Origin: Nitrosospira multiformis ATCC 25196 | Lineage (GTDB): Bacteria; Pseudomonadota; Gammaproteobacteria; Burkholderiales; Nitrosomonadaceae | Length of the DNA: 32,000 bases | NCBI RefSeq assembly: GCF_000196355.1 | Contig: NC_007614.1 | Location: forward strand, 660,001-692,000 | Direction: 5' to 3' | Shown here: in pieces, positions 1-8,590 of the stretch | Layout: the number at the start of each line of letters is the position of its first letter | Position numbering within the stretch: the stretch's first letter is position 1 | Position numbers and translations under genes: made by a program | Notes under the pieces: model-generated | The model's database searches: none | The model's input: the letters and a program-made list of their open reading frames with translations, nothing else | Told to the model about the DNA's origin: nothing

Positions 1-335
1 ATGCCGGGAGCAGTCAGGCCGAGGGCGCGCGGACGCTCCCTCAGAAGTCGTTTGACATCTTGTGCAGGTACGTGTCCTTCAATTGCATAGCCATCGACCA
101 ACGCAGTGTGACATGAACCGAGGGCAGGGGCGATGCCCGCCTGCTCACGGGCTTCCTTGTTGCCTACATCATGCGTGTTCACGGTAAATCCGTTGGCACG
201 CATATGATCGACCCACTTTGCGCAGCACTTGCAGGTGGAACTTTTATAAACGTCAACCGTTGCGGAGGCATGAGCGCCGCCCGCAAAGGCAGCAAACATG
301 ATTCCAGCCAATACTGCATGTCTCGATATTTTCAT
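1..335 (-). CDS. DUF411/CopG-like periplasmic metal (copper)-binding protein; the 3' end runs off the window
   Basis: Absent from the ORF track because the window edge truncates it. My minus-strand translation from the ATG at 335 reads MKISRHAVLAGIMFAAFAGGAHASATVDVYKSSTCKCCAKWVDHMRANGFTV... This gives a signal peptide plus the CxCC motif typical of DUF411. The start overlaps the stop of the upstream cupredoxin gene (ATGA at 332-335). Confidence 0.7.
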   Translation of the reverse strand, partial: MKISRHAVLAGIMFAAFAGGAHASATVDVYKSSTCKCCAKWVDHMRANGFTVNTHDVGNKEAREQAGIAPALGSCHTALVDGYAIEGHVPAQDVKRLLRERPRALGLTAPG

Positions 336-796
336 TTCGCTCCTACTGTGATTGTGCCTTTCATGCCTGGGAAATTCATACCTTTGAAGTGGCCGGGCAG
401 CGGGCAGGCAAAATTTACTGTGCCTGCTTCCGTAAAATGCCACACCAGCTCCCCGGTCTGCCCCGGCTCGACCGAGACCATATCCGGCTGATCCGGGTGC
501 GCATGGTCAGGGTGTTTTTTTAGCATTTTACCATGCTTGTCAATTTCTTCCGCAGTGCCGATCATCATCTCGTGCTTTTTCTTGCCTAGGTTCGTGATCA
601 GAAATTTTATGGTTTCACCTTGTTTCACCTTGATCGCGTCAGGTTTGAAGCGGTTATCCACCGCAGTTATTTCAACCGTCCGGGAAACCTGGCTGGAGTC
701 GCCCGGCTTCCCCAGGGCTTCCGTGTCCTCCTGAGCAAGGGTGTCGATCGAAACCAGGCCGAGGCTTAAAGCAGATGCGATCAGAAACTTCTTCAT
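332..796 (-). CDS. Secreted cupredoxin-fold (plastocyanin/azurin-like) copper-binding protein with a His-rich segment
   Basis: 154 aa with an N-terminal signal peptide (MKKFLIASALSLGLVSIDTLA). The C-terminal type-1 copper ligand pattern is CPLPGHFKGM (C-x4-H-x3-M), with an upstream HEMM and a His-rich stretch KKHPDHAHPDQPDM. An AGGAG sits 9 nt upstream of the ATG. Confidence 0.8.
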   Translation of the reverse strand: MKKFLIASALSLGLVSIDTLAQEDTEALGKPGDSSQVSRTVEITAVDNRFKPDAIKVKQGETIKFLITNLGKKKHEMMIGTAEEIDKHGKMLKKHPDHAHPDQPDMVSVEPGQTGELVWHFTEAGTVNFACPLPGHFKGMNFPGMKGTITVGAK

Positions 797-971
797 GAGA
801 TTTTCTCCTTTCTATGCGAGGTCCCGCTTAACCCTCATCAAGCGGTGGTCTTTTTATTCTTCTTGCAAGTCCAATATAGCAAAGAAATATCCACTTGCCG
901 CGATAGACTGAAAAGGCGGTTTTGGAGTTCCGCAAGCATCCTGTTGTCTCCGCTTTTCGTATATAGCAATT

Positions 972-1943
972 TCACCGCAGCCATCCCTTGCGTTTTATGT
1001 ATATAAGTGGCAGCAGTGCAGCCGATACCGTCAGGCCCATTGAATAGATGAACCCGTATTCCCACGCGAGTTCCGGCATTACAGCAAAGTTCATGCCGTA
1101 AAAGGTGCCCACCAGCGTAGGCGGCAGGAAGACCGCGGTGATGATGGTGAAGACCTTGACGATCTGGTTTTGTTTGATGTTGAGAATATTCGTGACTGCA
1201 TTCTGCAGATACCGCACCTTCTCGTGCTCGAAGTAGGCATGTTCCTTTACGCCAGCCACGTCTTCGGCCAGCTCCGTAGTCAATACCTGGAGTTCTGCCT
1301 CGGTCACGTTATCGATTTCGCCACTCAAGTAACGCACGGTGCGCGCCAGCGACAACTGGGCTTCCAGGCAGCGCGAAATAATGTCTTCCCTTTCATTCAG
1401 GTCTTGCATGGTTTCGATCAGATCGGGCACCCCCAGTTCCCTGCCCTGCGCGTTGTATCCATCCGATATTTCGGAAATCTCTTCTGCGCTTCGCTCCAGT
1501 TCATCCGCGAGACGATCTATTACTGTATCCGCGCTGTCATTAGCTACCTGCAACAATAATCGAAGTACCGATTTCGGATTCCGGCCATGACTCGGCCTGC
1601 GATTCATGCGCTGCAATGCTGTATCGAACGGGTGAAAATCGGGGTCCTGGCAGAGAATCGCAACCAGTTGCTCGCCCAGCATGAAAGTTACATCACCAAA
1701 GCTCGGCGTCCCGTTGCTGCCCAGACGGAGGAGTTTGGCGCGCATGTACATGAAGGTTCCATCATCGAAAACGCTGCCTGCCTGTCGTGTGGTGTCGATG
1801 CCGAAGCGCTGCTTCAGACACACAATGTCCTCGGGCGTCGGCGCATTGATCTCCAGCCAGACAACATGCTCATCGCCCTCCCGCCGCGGCAGGCCGTGAA
1901 TGATGCAGAGTGAGTGATTATCCTTCACAACACTGCGAATCAT
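972..1943 (-). CDS. corA: CorA-family Mg2+/Co2+ transporter
   Basis: 323 aa with the C-terminal YGMNF signature (GTFYGMNFAVMPE) followed by a second TM helix and a basic tail. AAGGAGGG lies 6 nt upstream of the ATG. Confidence 0.9.
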   Translation of the reverse strand: MIRSVVKDNHSLCIIHGLPRREGDEHVVWLEINAPTPEDIVCLKQRFGIDTTRQAGSVFDDGTFMYMRAKLLRLGSNGTPSFGDVTFMLGEQLVAILCQDPDFHPFDTALQRMNRRPSHGRNPKSVLRLLLQVANDSADTVIDRLADELERSAEEISEISDGYNAQGRELGVPDLIETMQDLNEREDIISRCLEAQLSLARTVRYLSGEIDNVTEAELQVLTTELAEDVAGVKEHAYFEHEKVRYLQNAVTNILNIKQNQIVKVFTIITAVFLPPTLVGTFYGMNFAVMPELAWEYGFIYSMGLTVSAALLPLIYIKRKGWLR

Positions 1944-1974
1944 GATGAACCCTCCTTGTTGGGGTGTGGTACCA

Positions 1975-2016
1975 CTCGAGGCTTCACGCTCGAAGCTTCA
2001 CGCTCGAGGTTTCAGT
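1975..2016. repeat. 14-bp tandem repeat x3 (CTCGARGYTTCAsk) in the corA leader
   Basis: The three units are ctcgaggcttcacg, ctcgaagcttcacg and ctcgaggtttcagt, read directly. They contain nested palindromes (CTCGAG, GAAGCTTC). Confidence 0.85.
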
Positions 2017-2208
2017 TTATTTTTTTACTTCGGCTTTTTCCTGATGGGAGGGGGACATGGAAGATGTGGCTGCTGTCTGCTCCGACGGCTGTATGTAGTG
2101 CACGACAGTCATAACGAGTGCGAGCAACAGGTACAGCGCGATCACGGCCAGAATGACCTCGTTCTCGAGGCTCCTGCTGTCACGCTGGGTAAGATTCTTT
2201 CTGAACAT
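2017..2208 (-). CDS. Small single-TM hypothetical protein (63 aa) upstream of corA
   Basis: The ORF is 2017..2226. The internal ATG at 2208 is preceded by GAGGAG with 6-nt spacing. One hydrophobic helix is present (VILAVIALYLLLALVMTVV). I recognise no homology. Confidence 0.4.
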   Translation of the reverse strand: MFRKNLTQRDSRSLENEVILAVIALYLLLALVMTVVHYIQPSEQTAATSSMSPSHQEKAEVKK

Positions 2209-2365
2209 GGAGTACTCCTCGTCCATCTCATGGGTAAATATTTAATGCAAAATACGTTTCCGCAACCCCGCTTCATGCACGATATAAATCCAGATTAGCA
2301 GAGTCCCGGTGATCCCGGTGGGTTTCCGGTAGAGTCGTTACCTGCACATGAGCATCGGCTTGACA

Positions 2366-2394
2366 TGGACAAGGTTTTATTCGGCAAGTAGAAT
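2366..2394 (+). promoter_or_regulatory. Candidate sigma70 promoter for the riboswitch/UPF0016 transcript
   Basis: TGGACA (2366-2371), a 17-nt spacer, then TAGAAT (2389-2394). This places the transcription start at about 2400, exactly where the riboswitch P1 helix begins. Confidence 0.45.
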
Positions 2395-2399
2395 ATTCC

Positions 2400-2504
2400 G
2401 GTCATCGGGGAGTAGCTTCCTTCCGTCGAATAGAAGGGCTTGCATCAACATACTTGACCCGTGGTCGTGGTGCAAGGAGTTCGTGCCTGGCAAGACCTTT
2501 GACC
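2400..2504 (+). promoter_or_regulatory. yybP-ykoY family Mn2+ riboswitch
   Basis: P1 pairs GGTCA (2400-2404) with TGACC (2500-2504). The conserved GGGGAGTAG is at 2407-2415 and ACATAC at 2448-2453. GCAAGACCTTT at 2490-2500 matches my recollection of the conserved 3' segment of the L. lactis/E. coli riboswitches. Internal helices are CCTTC/GAAGG (2419-2423/2433-2437) and CTTGCA/TGCAAG (2439-2444/2471-2476). The downstream gene is a UPF0016 transporter, a known genetic context for this riboswitch. Confidence 0.8.
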
Positions 2505-2570
2505 ACATTGTCTCCGGAAGGGCGGGGAGAAGCCTGGTCTCGCTTCTTGTCCGGCCTGGAGCGTAAGAAC

Positions 2571-3152
2571 GTGGAAGCTTTCCTTGTTTCGGCTGGCGTT
2601 GTCGCACTCGCAGAGATTGGCGACAAAACACAGCTTCTCGCCTTTATTCTCGCGGCAAAATTTCGCCAGCCGGTTCCCATCGTGCTCGGTATACTCGTCG
2701 CTACCCTGTTGAACCATGCCTTCGCTGCCGCAATCGGTTCGTGGATCCTCACGCAACTTGGGCCCGGCACCCTGAACTGGATACTGGGCCTGCTATTTAT
2801 CGGTATGGCGATCTGGACGCTCATTCCCGATCAGTTCGATGAAACGCAGTCCGGAACCGGGGGCGATAGCGCCGGTGTTTTCAGCGCGACACTCCTGGCT
2901 TTTTTCCTTGCGGAAATGGGCGACAAGACGCAAGTTGCGACTGCGGCACTGGCAGCGCAGTATCGGATGTTTTCCGCGGTGGTTGCAGGGACTACGCTCG
3001 GGATGATGATCGCGAACGTTCCGGCAGTCTATCTGGGCGAACGCCTGGCAAACCGGATTCCGCCGCGCCTCGTGCGTGGAATTGCAGCAGCCGTGTTTGC
3101 CCTTATCGGTATCACAGTCCTGCTTGAAGCGAGCAAAAATCTGGCGCTTTGA
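2571..3152 (+). CDS. UPF0016 (GDT1/TMEM165/MneA-like) family putative Mn2+/Ca2+ transporter
   Basis: The E-x-G-D-K-T/S motif occurs twice (ALAEIGDKTQ and FLAEMGDKTQ) in a roughly 190-aa polytopic protein. I place the start at GTG 2571, with GGAG 9 nt upstream, because the 5' part of ORF 2454..3152 overlaps the riboswitch. Confidence 0.85.
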   Translation: MEAFLVSAGVVALAEIGDKTQLLAFILAAKFRQPVPIVLGILVATLLNHAFAAAIGSWILTQLGPGTLNWILGLLFIGMAIWTLIPDQFDETQSGTGGDSAGVFSATLLAFFLAEMGDKTQVATAALAAQYRMFSAVVAGTTLGMMIANVPAVYLGERLANRIPPRLVRGIAAAVFALIGITVLLEASKNLAL

Positions 3153-4417
3153 AAGATTCCGGAAATAATGCGGCAAAAAAGAGAACAAGACGAATGGCCT
3201 TTTTCCCTACCGGATACGCGGGCATCTTGCCACAGCTCCCATGCCTGCTCCCGCTCCTGCTTCTGTTTCTGCTGGGCGGTTGCGCATCCCCCATTGCACT
3301 CAATCGGGCCGTCGACGCCTATGACGACGCGACTACCGGTGCCGCCTCCCGGCAACTGCTGGTGAATATAGCGCGTGCTTATCATAATCAGCCGGTACAC
3401 TTCACCGGCGTATCGAACGTTGCGGCAACGTTCGATTTCCGTGTCAGTGCCGGCGCCACCCCAGCGTTGACGGGAAATGCAGGCGGCATACTGATGCCTG
3501 TGTTTGGGGGAAGCGTGGCGGAAAATCCCACGATCACTATTGTTCCGGTAGAGGGAGAGGAGTTTACCCGGCGTCTGCTCACCCCATTTCAGGAAAACAA
3601 ACTCACGCTTTTGCTCCGTCAGCGTTTCGATGTCGATCTCCTGATGCGGCTGATGGCCCAGGAAGTGCGTGTCAATGATAACGAAGGGCGGCAGGCTTCC
3701 TATCGCAATCGGCCCTTTGATTCGCCCGGCTACGGCATGTTCAGGCGGGTGGTGTTGCATTTGTCCGCCATACAGGACCATAACCACCTCCACGCGGAGC
3801 CACTGATTCTGGAGCAGACCTGGACCATTCCCGCCGGTTCGGTGACGGCAGAAGGTTTTCAGGCTCTGCAGAAAGAGTTTTCCGTACGCTATGACGCACG
3901 GGAAAATACCTACATCCTGGTCAAGCAGGCAGCGGGACCTATTCTTATCACCAATTATGATCCTAACATTCTTTCACCGGAGGAGCGCAAGCGCTTGAGC
4001 AATGAGGCGCGTGAATGGAGTCCCAATGACGTCGCTTTCGATATTCGTCCCAACCATTTTGGCGGAGAGTGGCCCATGAAGGGAATTTTCCGTCTCCGCA
4101 GCTTCCATGCCATTCTCAATTTCCTCGGCCGCAGCCTGGGCGATGAGCCGGAATATCATGTGGAGAAAGACATCCGTACACCGCCCCTCGAGGATGACGA
4201 AAATCCTGTTGATACTATGGAACTTTTGGTGACGGACTCGGCTCCCGGGGAGGCCGATCTGTGGGTGCGCGTCTATGATCAGTATTACTCGGTACACACC
4301 CGGGGACCTCTGGCGCGCTGGAACCGGAGCGCCTTCCAACTGCTGTATCTTCTGTTCCAGATGACGGTGACGGATTTGCCGCGCTCAGGAGTGCCAAGCA
4401 TCACGATCGCAAAATAA
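3149..4417 (+). CDS. Hypothetical lipoprotein of unknown function
   Basis: 422-aa ORF with a basic n-region (KKRTRR), a hydrophobic core and the lipobox LLGGC|AS. TTG 3149 overlaps the UPF0016 stop (TTGA). An alternative ATG lies at 3194. I recognise no domain. Confidence 0.7.
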   Translation: MKDSGNNAAKKRTRRMAFFPTGYAGILPQLPCLLPLLLLFLLGGCASPIALNRAVDAYDDATTGAASRQLLVNIARAYHNQPVHFTGVSNVAATFDFRVSAGATPALTGNAGGILMPVFGGSVAENPTITIVPVEGEEFTRRLLTPFQENKLTLLLRQRFDVDLLMRLMAQEVRVNDNEGRQASYRNRPFDSPGYGMFRRVVLHLSAIQDHNHLHAEPLILEQTWTIPAGSVTAEGFQALQKEFSVRYDARENTYILVKQAAGPILITNYDPNILSPEERKRLSNEAREWSPNDVAFDIRPNHFGGEWPMKGIFRLRSFHAILNFLGRSLGDEPEYHVEKDIRTPPLEDDENPVDTMELLVTDSAPGEADLWVRVYDQYYSVHTRGPLARWNRSAFQLLYLLFQMTVTDLPRSGVPSITIAK

Positions 4418-4491
4418 CGACAGCTTTTTGAAAGTTCTGCCCATGAAATGCTCGAACCGGAAGCTTGCAACAACTGCGGATAGCCGAAGTA

Positions 4492-4809
4492 TCAACTGGC
4501 GGTTTGCTTCAATAACGTATCGGCTCCACAGGCCGTGCCATCGATTTCAACGATCTTGCGTCGCGATCTGGCTCCTTGCCTGAGTATTACCTGACGCTGA
4601 GGCACTCCAAAAACCCCAGCGAGAAATGCGAGCAAAGCAACATTCGCTGCACCTTCTACCGGTGGGGCGGCAAGTTTGATTTTCAGGGCATCGCCGTGCG
4701 AGCCGACCACTTCAGTACGCCTTGCACCCGGCTGTATGTGCAGAGTGAGAATCAGGCGTTTCCCGGTATCATCGCTGCGATACCACCCGTTGCTTGAAGT
4801 GATTGTCAC
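4492..4809 (-). CDS. yggU: DUF167 (YggU-like) protein
   Basis: The C-terminal 106 codons of ORF 4492..5184 read ...WYRSDDTGKRLILTLHIQPGARRTEVVGSHGDALKIKLAAPPVEGAANVALLAFLAGVFGV..., which is the DUF167 pattern. The start is placed at GTG 4809, 2 nt after the yggT stop. The upstream part of the long ORF overlaps yggT and is not coding. Confidence 0.75.
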   Translation of the reverse strand: MTITSSNGWYRSDDTGKRLILTLHIQPGARRTEVVGSHGDALKIKLAAPPVEGAANVALLAFLAGVFGVPQRQVILRQGARSRRKIVEIDGTACGADTLLKQTAS

Positions 4810-4811
4810 AG

Positions 4812-5396
4812 TCAGAACAAGCGGCTGATTTCCCGCTCCATTCCCGCCGTTACAAAAAGAAGCAACTGAATGACGATCAGTACGAACAACGGTGAGAGAT
4901 CGATATTTCCGATGGGAGGAATGCGCTCGCGGATCACGCCTAGAAACGGCCGAGTAAAGCTGTCGAGCAGCGGAGCCAGCGAATTGTAGGGATTGACCCA
5001 CGAAAGCACAGCCTGGATGATGACCGCCACCATGATGATGTAAAGCGTCGTCTTGATGATTTCCACCAACCCCAGGAGCGCCAGTCCGCCTGCGACACCG
5101 CCGATCGTGGAGCCGGAGCTGAAACTGAGGCTGTAACCCTTCAGCATTAACACGCTCCCCAGCAACATGACTTGAGCAATCCATGCCAGCAGAAGCGTTG
5201 AAAGATCCATGCCGCGATACCCGGGAATGACGCGCCTTGCGGGCTTGACCAGAAAATCGGTTATTGCAATCAGAAATGACGAGAGCGGATTTCCATACGG
5301 CGCGCGCACCAGTTGCATATAAAAGCGCAGCAGCAGCGCCAGGGAAAACAATCCCAGCAGGGTATCGAGCAGGAATATGAGCATTTGACTGATCAT
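4812..5396 (-). CDS. yggT: YggT-family integral membrane protein
   Basis: 194 aa with a duplicated YGGT-type membrane repeat. It has the typical position downstream of proC. Confidence 0.85.
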   Translation of the reverse strand: MISQMLIFLLDTLLGLFSLALLLRFYMQLVRAPYGNPLSSFLIAITDFLVKPARRVIPGYRGMDLSTLLLAWIAQVMLLGSVLMLKGYSLSFSSGSTIGGVAGGLALLGLVEIIKTTLYIIMVAVIIQAVLSWVNPYNSLAPLLDSFTRPFLGVIRERIPPIGNIDLSPLFVLIVIQLLLFVTAGMEREISRLF

Positions 5397-5448
5397 GAAA
5401 GTATTATCCGTTTACTGCGCCACTTGCGCATGGTTATTCTCTATTCTG

Positions 5449-6264
5449 TCATGTACGGCCGAGTTCGTCGCCCATCTCGCGTGACCGCTGATATGCGGTA
5501 CGGATTGCCCGGATGATTCCGATTTTGACATCGTCATTTTCCAGCGACCTTATCGCGCGTTCCGTCGTGCCGCCGGGCGATGTGACCCGCGCGCGCAGGA
5601 CACTCGCCTCATCCATGCTCTCGTTCGCGAGCCTGGCGGCTCCAAGAAAGGTTTCAATGCTCAGTTTGCGCGCCTGGTCCGCATCCAGCCCCAGTTCCTG
5701 TCCTGCCTTCTGCATGGCTTCGATGAAGTAGAATACATAAGCAGGACCACTGCCCGAGGTGGCAGTCACTGCATCCAGCAGTTCTTCGCTTTCAACCCAT
5801 AGCACAGTGCCGACCGCGCGGAGTATGGTTTCCGCCTCACGTTTTTCCTCATCGTTCACGCCTGCCATGGCATAGAGCCCTGTAACCGCGGAGCCAATCA
5901 GCGCGGGCGTATTGGGCATGGCGCGCACGATGCGAAGATAGCCGCCGAGCCATTGTGAAAGAGCATTTGCCCGGATACCGGCGGCAATCGAGATGACAAG
6001 GTTCCGCTCGAGCAGCGGCGCGAGCGCGCGTGCCACGATGGAGAGCTGCTGCGGCTTTACGGCGAGCACGATTATCTCCCTCTCTTCGATCATGCCCCGC
6101 GCAAGTTCCGCGACCGTCCCCACGCCAAATTCATGCCGGAGTCTCTCGCGTGTTTCAGCGTTGATCTCCACTACCCGTATCTGCGCCGGTGAATAATCCT
6201 GTTGCAGCAGCCCGCCGATCAAAGCGCAAGCCATGTTGCCGCCACCAATGAATGTAATATTCAT
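5449..6264 (-). CDS. proC: Pyrroline-5-carboxylate reductase
   Basis: MNITFIGGGNMACALIGGL carries the Rossmann GxGxxA motif, and ...VTSPGGTTERAI... is also present. The start is at internal ATG 6264, because the longer ORF to 6426 overlaps mutM. Confidence 0.9.
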   Translation of the reverse strand: MNITFIGGGNMACALIGGLLQQDYSPAQIRVVEINAETRERLRHEFGVGTVAELARGMIEEREIIVLAVKPQQLSIVARALAPLLERNLVISIAAGIRANALSQWLGGYLRIVRAMPNTPALIGSAVTGLYAMAGVNDEEKREAETILRAVGTVLWVESEELLDAVTATSGSGPAYVFYFIEAMQKAGQELGLDADQARKLSIETFLGAARLANESMDEASVLRARVTSPGGTTERAIRSLENDDVKIGIIRAIRTAYQRSREMGDELGRT

Positions 6265-6277
6265 GTATCCAGTGAAT

Positions 6278-7096
6278 TTATTTCTGGCAACGCGGGCAAT
6301 AAAAGCTCGAACGCTGCCCCTGCCTGATCTGTTCGATATTTGTACCACATTTCCGGCAAGGCTGCCCGGTCCGGCTATAAACCCAATACTGCTGCTGGAA
6401 ATATCCGGGATTGCCGTCGCTGCCAACGAAATCGCGCAAGCTGCTGCCGCCTGCTTCTATCGCGCGCCCGAGGGTTTCCTTGATTGCCTGCGCCAATCCC
6501 GCGCATCTTCTCGCTCCAATCCGGCCGGCAGCGTTGGCGGGATCAATACCGGCAAGAAAGAGCGCTTCGTTTGCGTAAATGTTTCCGACGCCGACGACAA
6601 TGCGGCTGTTCATCAATACCTCTTTAATGCTGGCGCTACGGTTTCGGGTTTTGCTATAAAGCAGCTTGCCGTCGAACGCTTCGGTAAGGGGTTCGGGTCC
6701 CAAGTGAGACAGCAGGGGGTGGTCGGTGGCATTTCCCGTAGTCCACAGCACAGCCCCAAAACGACGGGGATCCCGAAAACGGAGAACCATGCCTTTATCC
6801 AGGAGCAGATCGATATGATCGTGCTTCTGTGGAGCGATATTAGCTGCAAGGGCCAGCAATCTCAAGCTGCCGGACATGCCGAGATGCAGGATCAGCGTGC
6901 CAGCACCGCAGTCGAGCAAGAGGTATTTTCCGCGACGCGTTACCGTTCTGATTTCCAGGCCGCAAAGCGTTCGCTCAAGTTCCGGCACCGGCCAGCGTAG
7001 ATTCGGGTTTCGTACCGTCAAGCCGGCGATCTTGCGTCCCTCGAGTCCAGAGGCGATGCCGCGACGGACAACTTCGACTTCAGGCAGTTCAGGCAA
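6278..7096 (-). CDS. mutM: Formamidopyrimidine-DNA glycosylase
   Basis: The N-terminus is MPELPEVE and the C-terminal zinc finger is [25 protein letters not shown]. Length is 272 aa. Confidence 0.95.
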
Positions 7097-7235
7097 TTCG
7101 AATGTCGGGATGGAATGTTGGGATAAAGAGGTCGCCGGGTATGGTCAAGGGAGGGGGAACACTGTCCAGGATTCCGGATTCACCGAACTGATCGGTTGCC
7201 CCGTATGCCGAGCGAAAAGCAGCGAGAAGCATTCT

Positions 7236-8588
7236 TTATCTTCTTTTACGTCGCCACCATATCGTCATCCCGCTCCCAAGGAAAATCAGCGGCATCACAA
7301 TGAGGAATCCCCAGGCTATTATCGTTAGTGCTGGCTCCTTCAAGGTCAAGCTGTTGTCGATGGTCGTTCGTGGCTGGATAGCGATGAGGTCTTCATCGCC
7401 GGCAAGCCAGTTGACGAGGTTGACGCCAAAATCAAGATTTCTGCCATAGCCGAGGTAAGCATTGGCGAGAAAATAACCGCTTCCGATAACGGCGACCCGC
7501 TGCTCCTGGTCATTGACGGTCCGGCTCAACACAGCCGCGATACTGACCGGCCCGGCTACGTCATACATCGCATCGAATGCGATGCCGGCATTCAGATCGC
7601 CTGTTTCCACCCATCCGTTTTCTCCGGCCTCCACCAGCGAGAGGCTGTGCCATGCATCGTTTTCGTTGATTGTAATCTGGCGTGCAAACGGAAATACCGT
7701 GAGATAGTCAAAGTTGCGGGTGATGGGATGTTCGCCGTAGGTTGCTCCTACAGAAAAAGTAACGGGTGCTTTCAACTGCCCCGCCTGAGGGTCGATCACC
7801 ACACCGGGAGTCAGAGTCAGTTCAAGTTTTTCCGCCAGTGGCTGCAATCCGTGCAAAGGTTGCTGGTCCAGCAGCCATAAAAGATTGCCCCCGCGCTCGA
7901 TATACGCGAGTATTCGATCGACTTCGCCCTCGGACAGATCCGCCTGAGGCGAAGCAATGACGAGCAAGCTCGTCTCCGCGGGCACTTCAGGAGTGGTGAG
8001 CAGATTGAGCGGTTGAATCCTGAAGCCTTTTGCTGTCAATTGCTGTCCAAATTCCCCGAGATCGCGATTGCCAATACCGTCCAGCCTGCGTTCGCCATGG
8101 CCGCTGAGCGTGACCACGGGCCTGCTGCCGGTGCGCATCAGCCGCATCAGCAAGTTGACCAGCGTATGCTCATTGAATGTAGTCAGCCTTTCCACCCTGC
8201 CGTTATATTCGACGAGCATTTCGCCGTTGCCCTCGACACCTGCCTCTCGTGCCACATCGGGATGCTCGGAGGGGTCGATGAAGGTGACAGCGAAATCAGG
8301 CTTGGCATGCTGATAAGGTGTCAGAAAATCACGGATGATTTTGGATACATTGCCAAGTTGGGCATCCTGAGAGGATATGTAGACACTCCCCAGCAGGGGG
8401 CCTTCCATTTGCTTCAGCACCTCCAGGCTGGCAGGGCTCAGGCTGTTGCTTTTATTTTGGGTGACATCCCACTGAACGCGATTCTCCCAGGCTAGATAAC
8501 CGGGCAACGCTACCAGCAGTATGAGTATTATCAGAAACGTTGCGCTTTGTGTCCCGCGCAAGCGCAGTTTTTTCCTCTTGAGATGCAT
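7236..8588 (-). CDS. GldG-like accessory protein of an ABC-2 type transport system
   Basis: 450 aa with N- and C-terminal TM anchors flanking a large periplasmic domain. It lies directly downstream of the ABC-2 permease and ATPase. Confidence 0.75.
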   Translation of the reverse strand: MHLKRKKLRLRGTQSATFLIILILLVALPGYLAWENRVQWDVTQNKSNSLSPASLEVLKQMEGPLLGSVYISSQDAQLGNVSKIIRDFLTPYQHAKPDFAVTFIDPSEHPDVAREAGVEGNGEMLVEYNGRVERLTTFNEHTLVNLLMRLMRTGSRPVVTLSGHGERRLDGIGNRDLGEFGQQLTAKGFRIQPLNLLTTPEVPAETSLLVIASPQADLSEGEVDRILAYIERGGNLLWLLDQQPLHGLQPLAEKLELTLTPGVVIDPQAGQLKAPVTFSVGATYGEHPITRNFDYLTVFPFARQITINENDAWHSLSLVEAGENGWVETGDLNAGIAFDAMYDVAGPVSIAAVLSRTVNDQEQRVAVIGSGYFLANAYLGYGRNLDFGVNLVNWLAGDEDLIAIQPRTTIDNSLTLKEPALTIIAWGFLIVMPLIFLGSGMTIWWRRKRR

Positions 8589-8590
8589 AC

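Noticed and set aside
838-1065. 75-aa minus-strand ORF overlapping the corA 3' end
   Set aside because: It overlaps the corA C-terminus in another frame and has no Shine-Dalgarno sequence. The sequence looks non-protein-like.
4810-5184. N-terminal 125 codons of the 230-aa ORF 4492..5184
   Set aside because: This part overlaps yggT in another frame and is low-complexity (RR, GG, HH runs). Only the last 106 codons match DUF167, so I trimmed the gene to GTG 4809.
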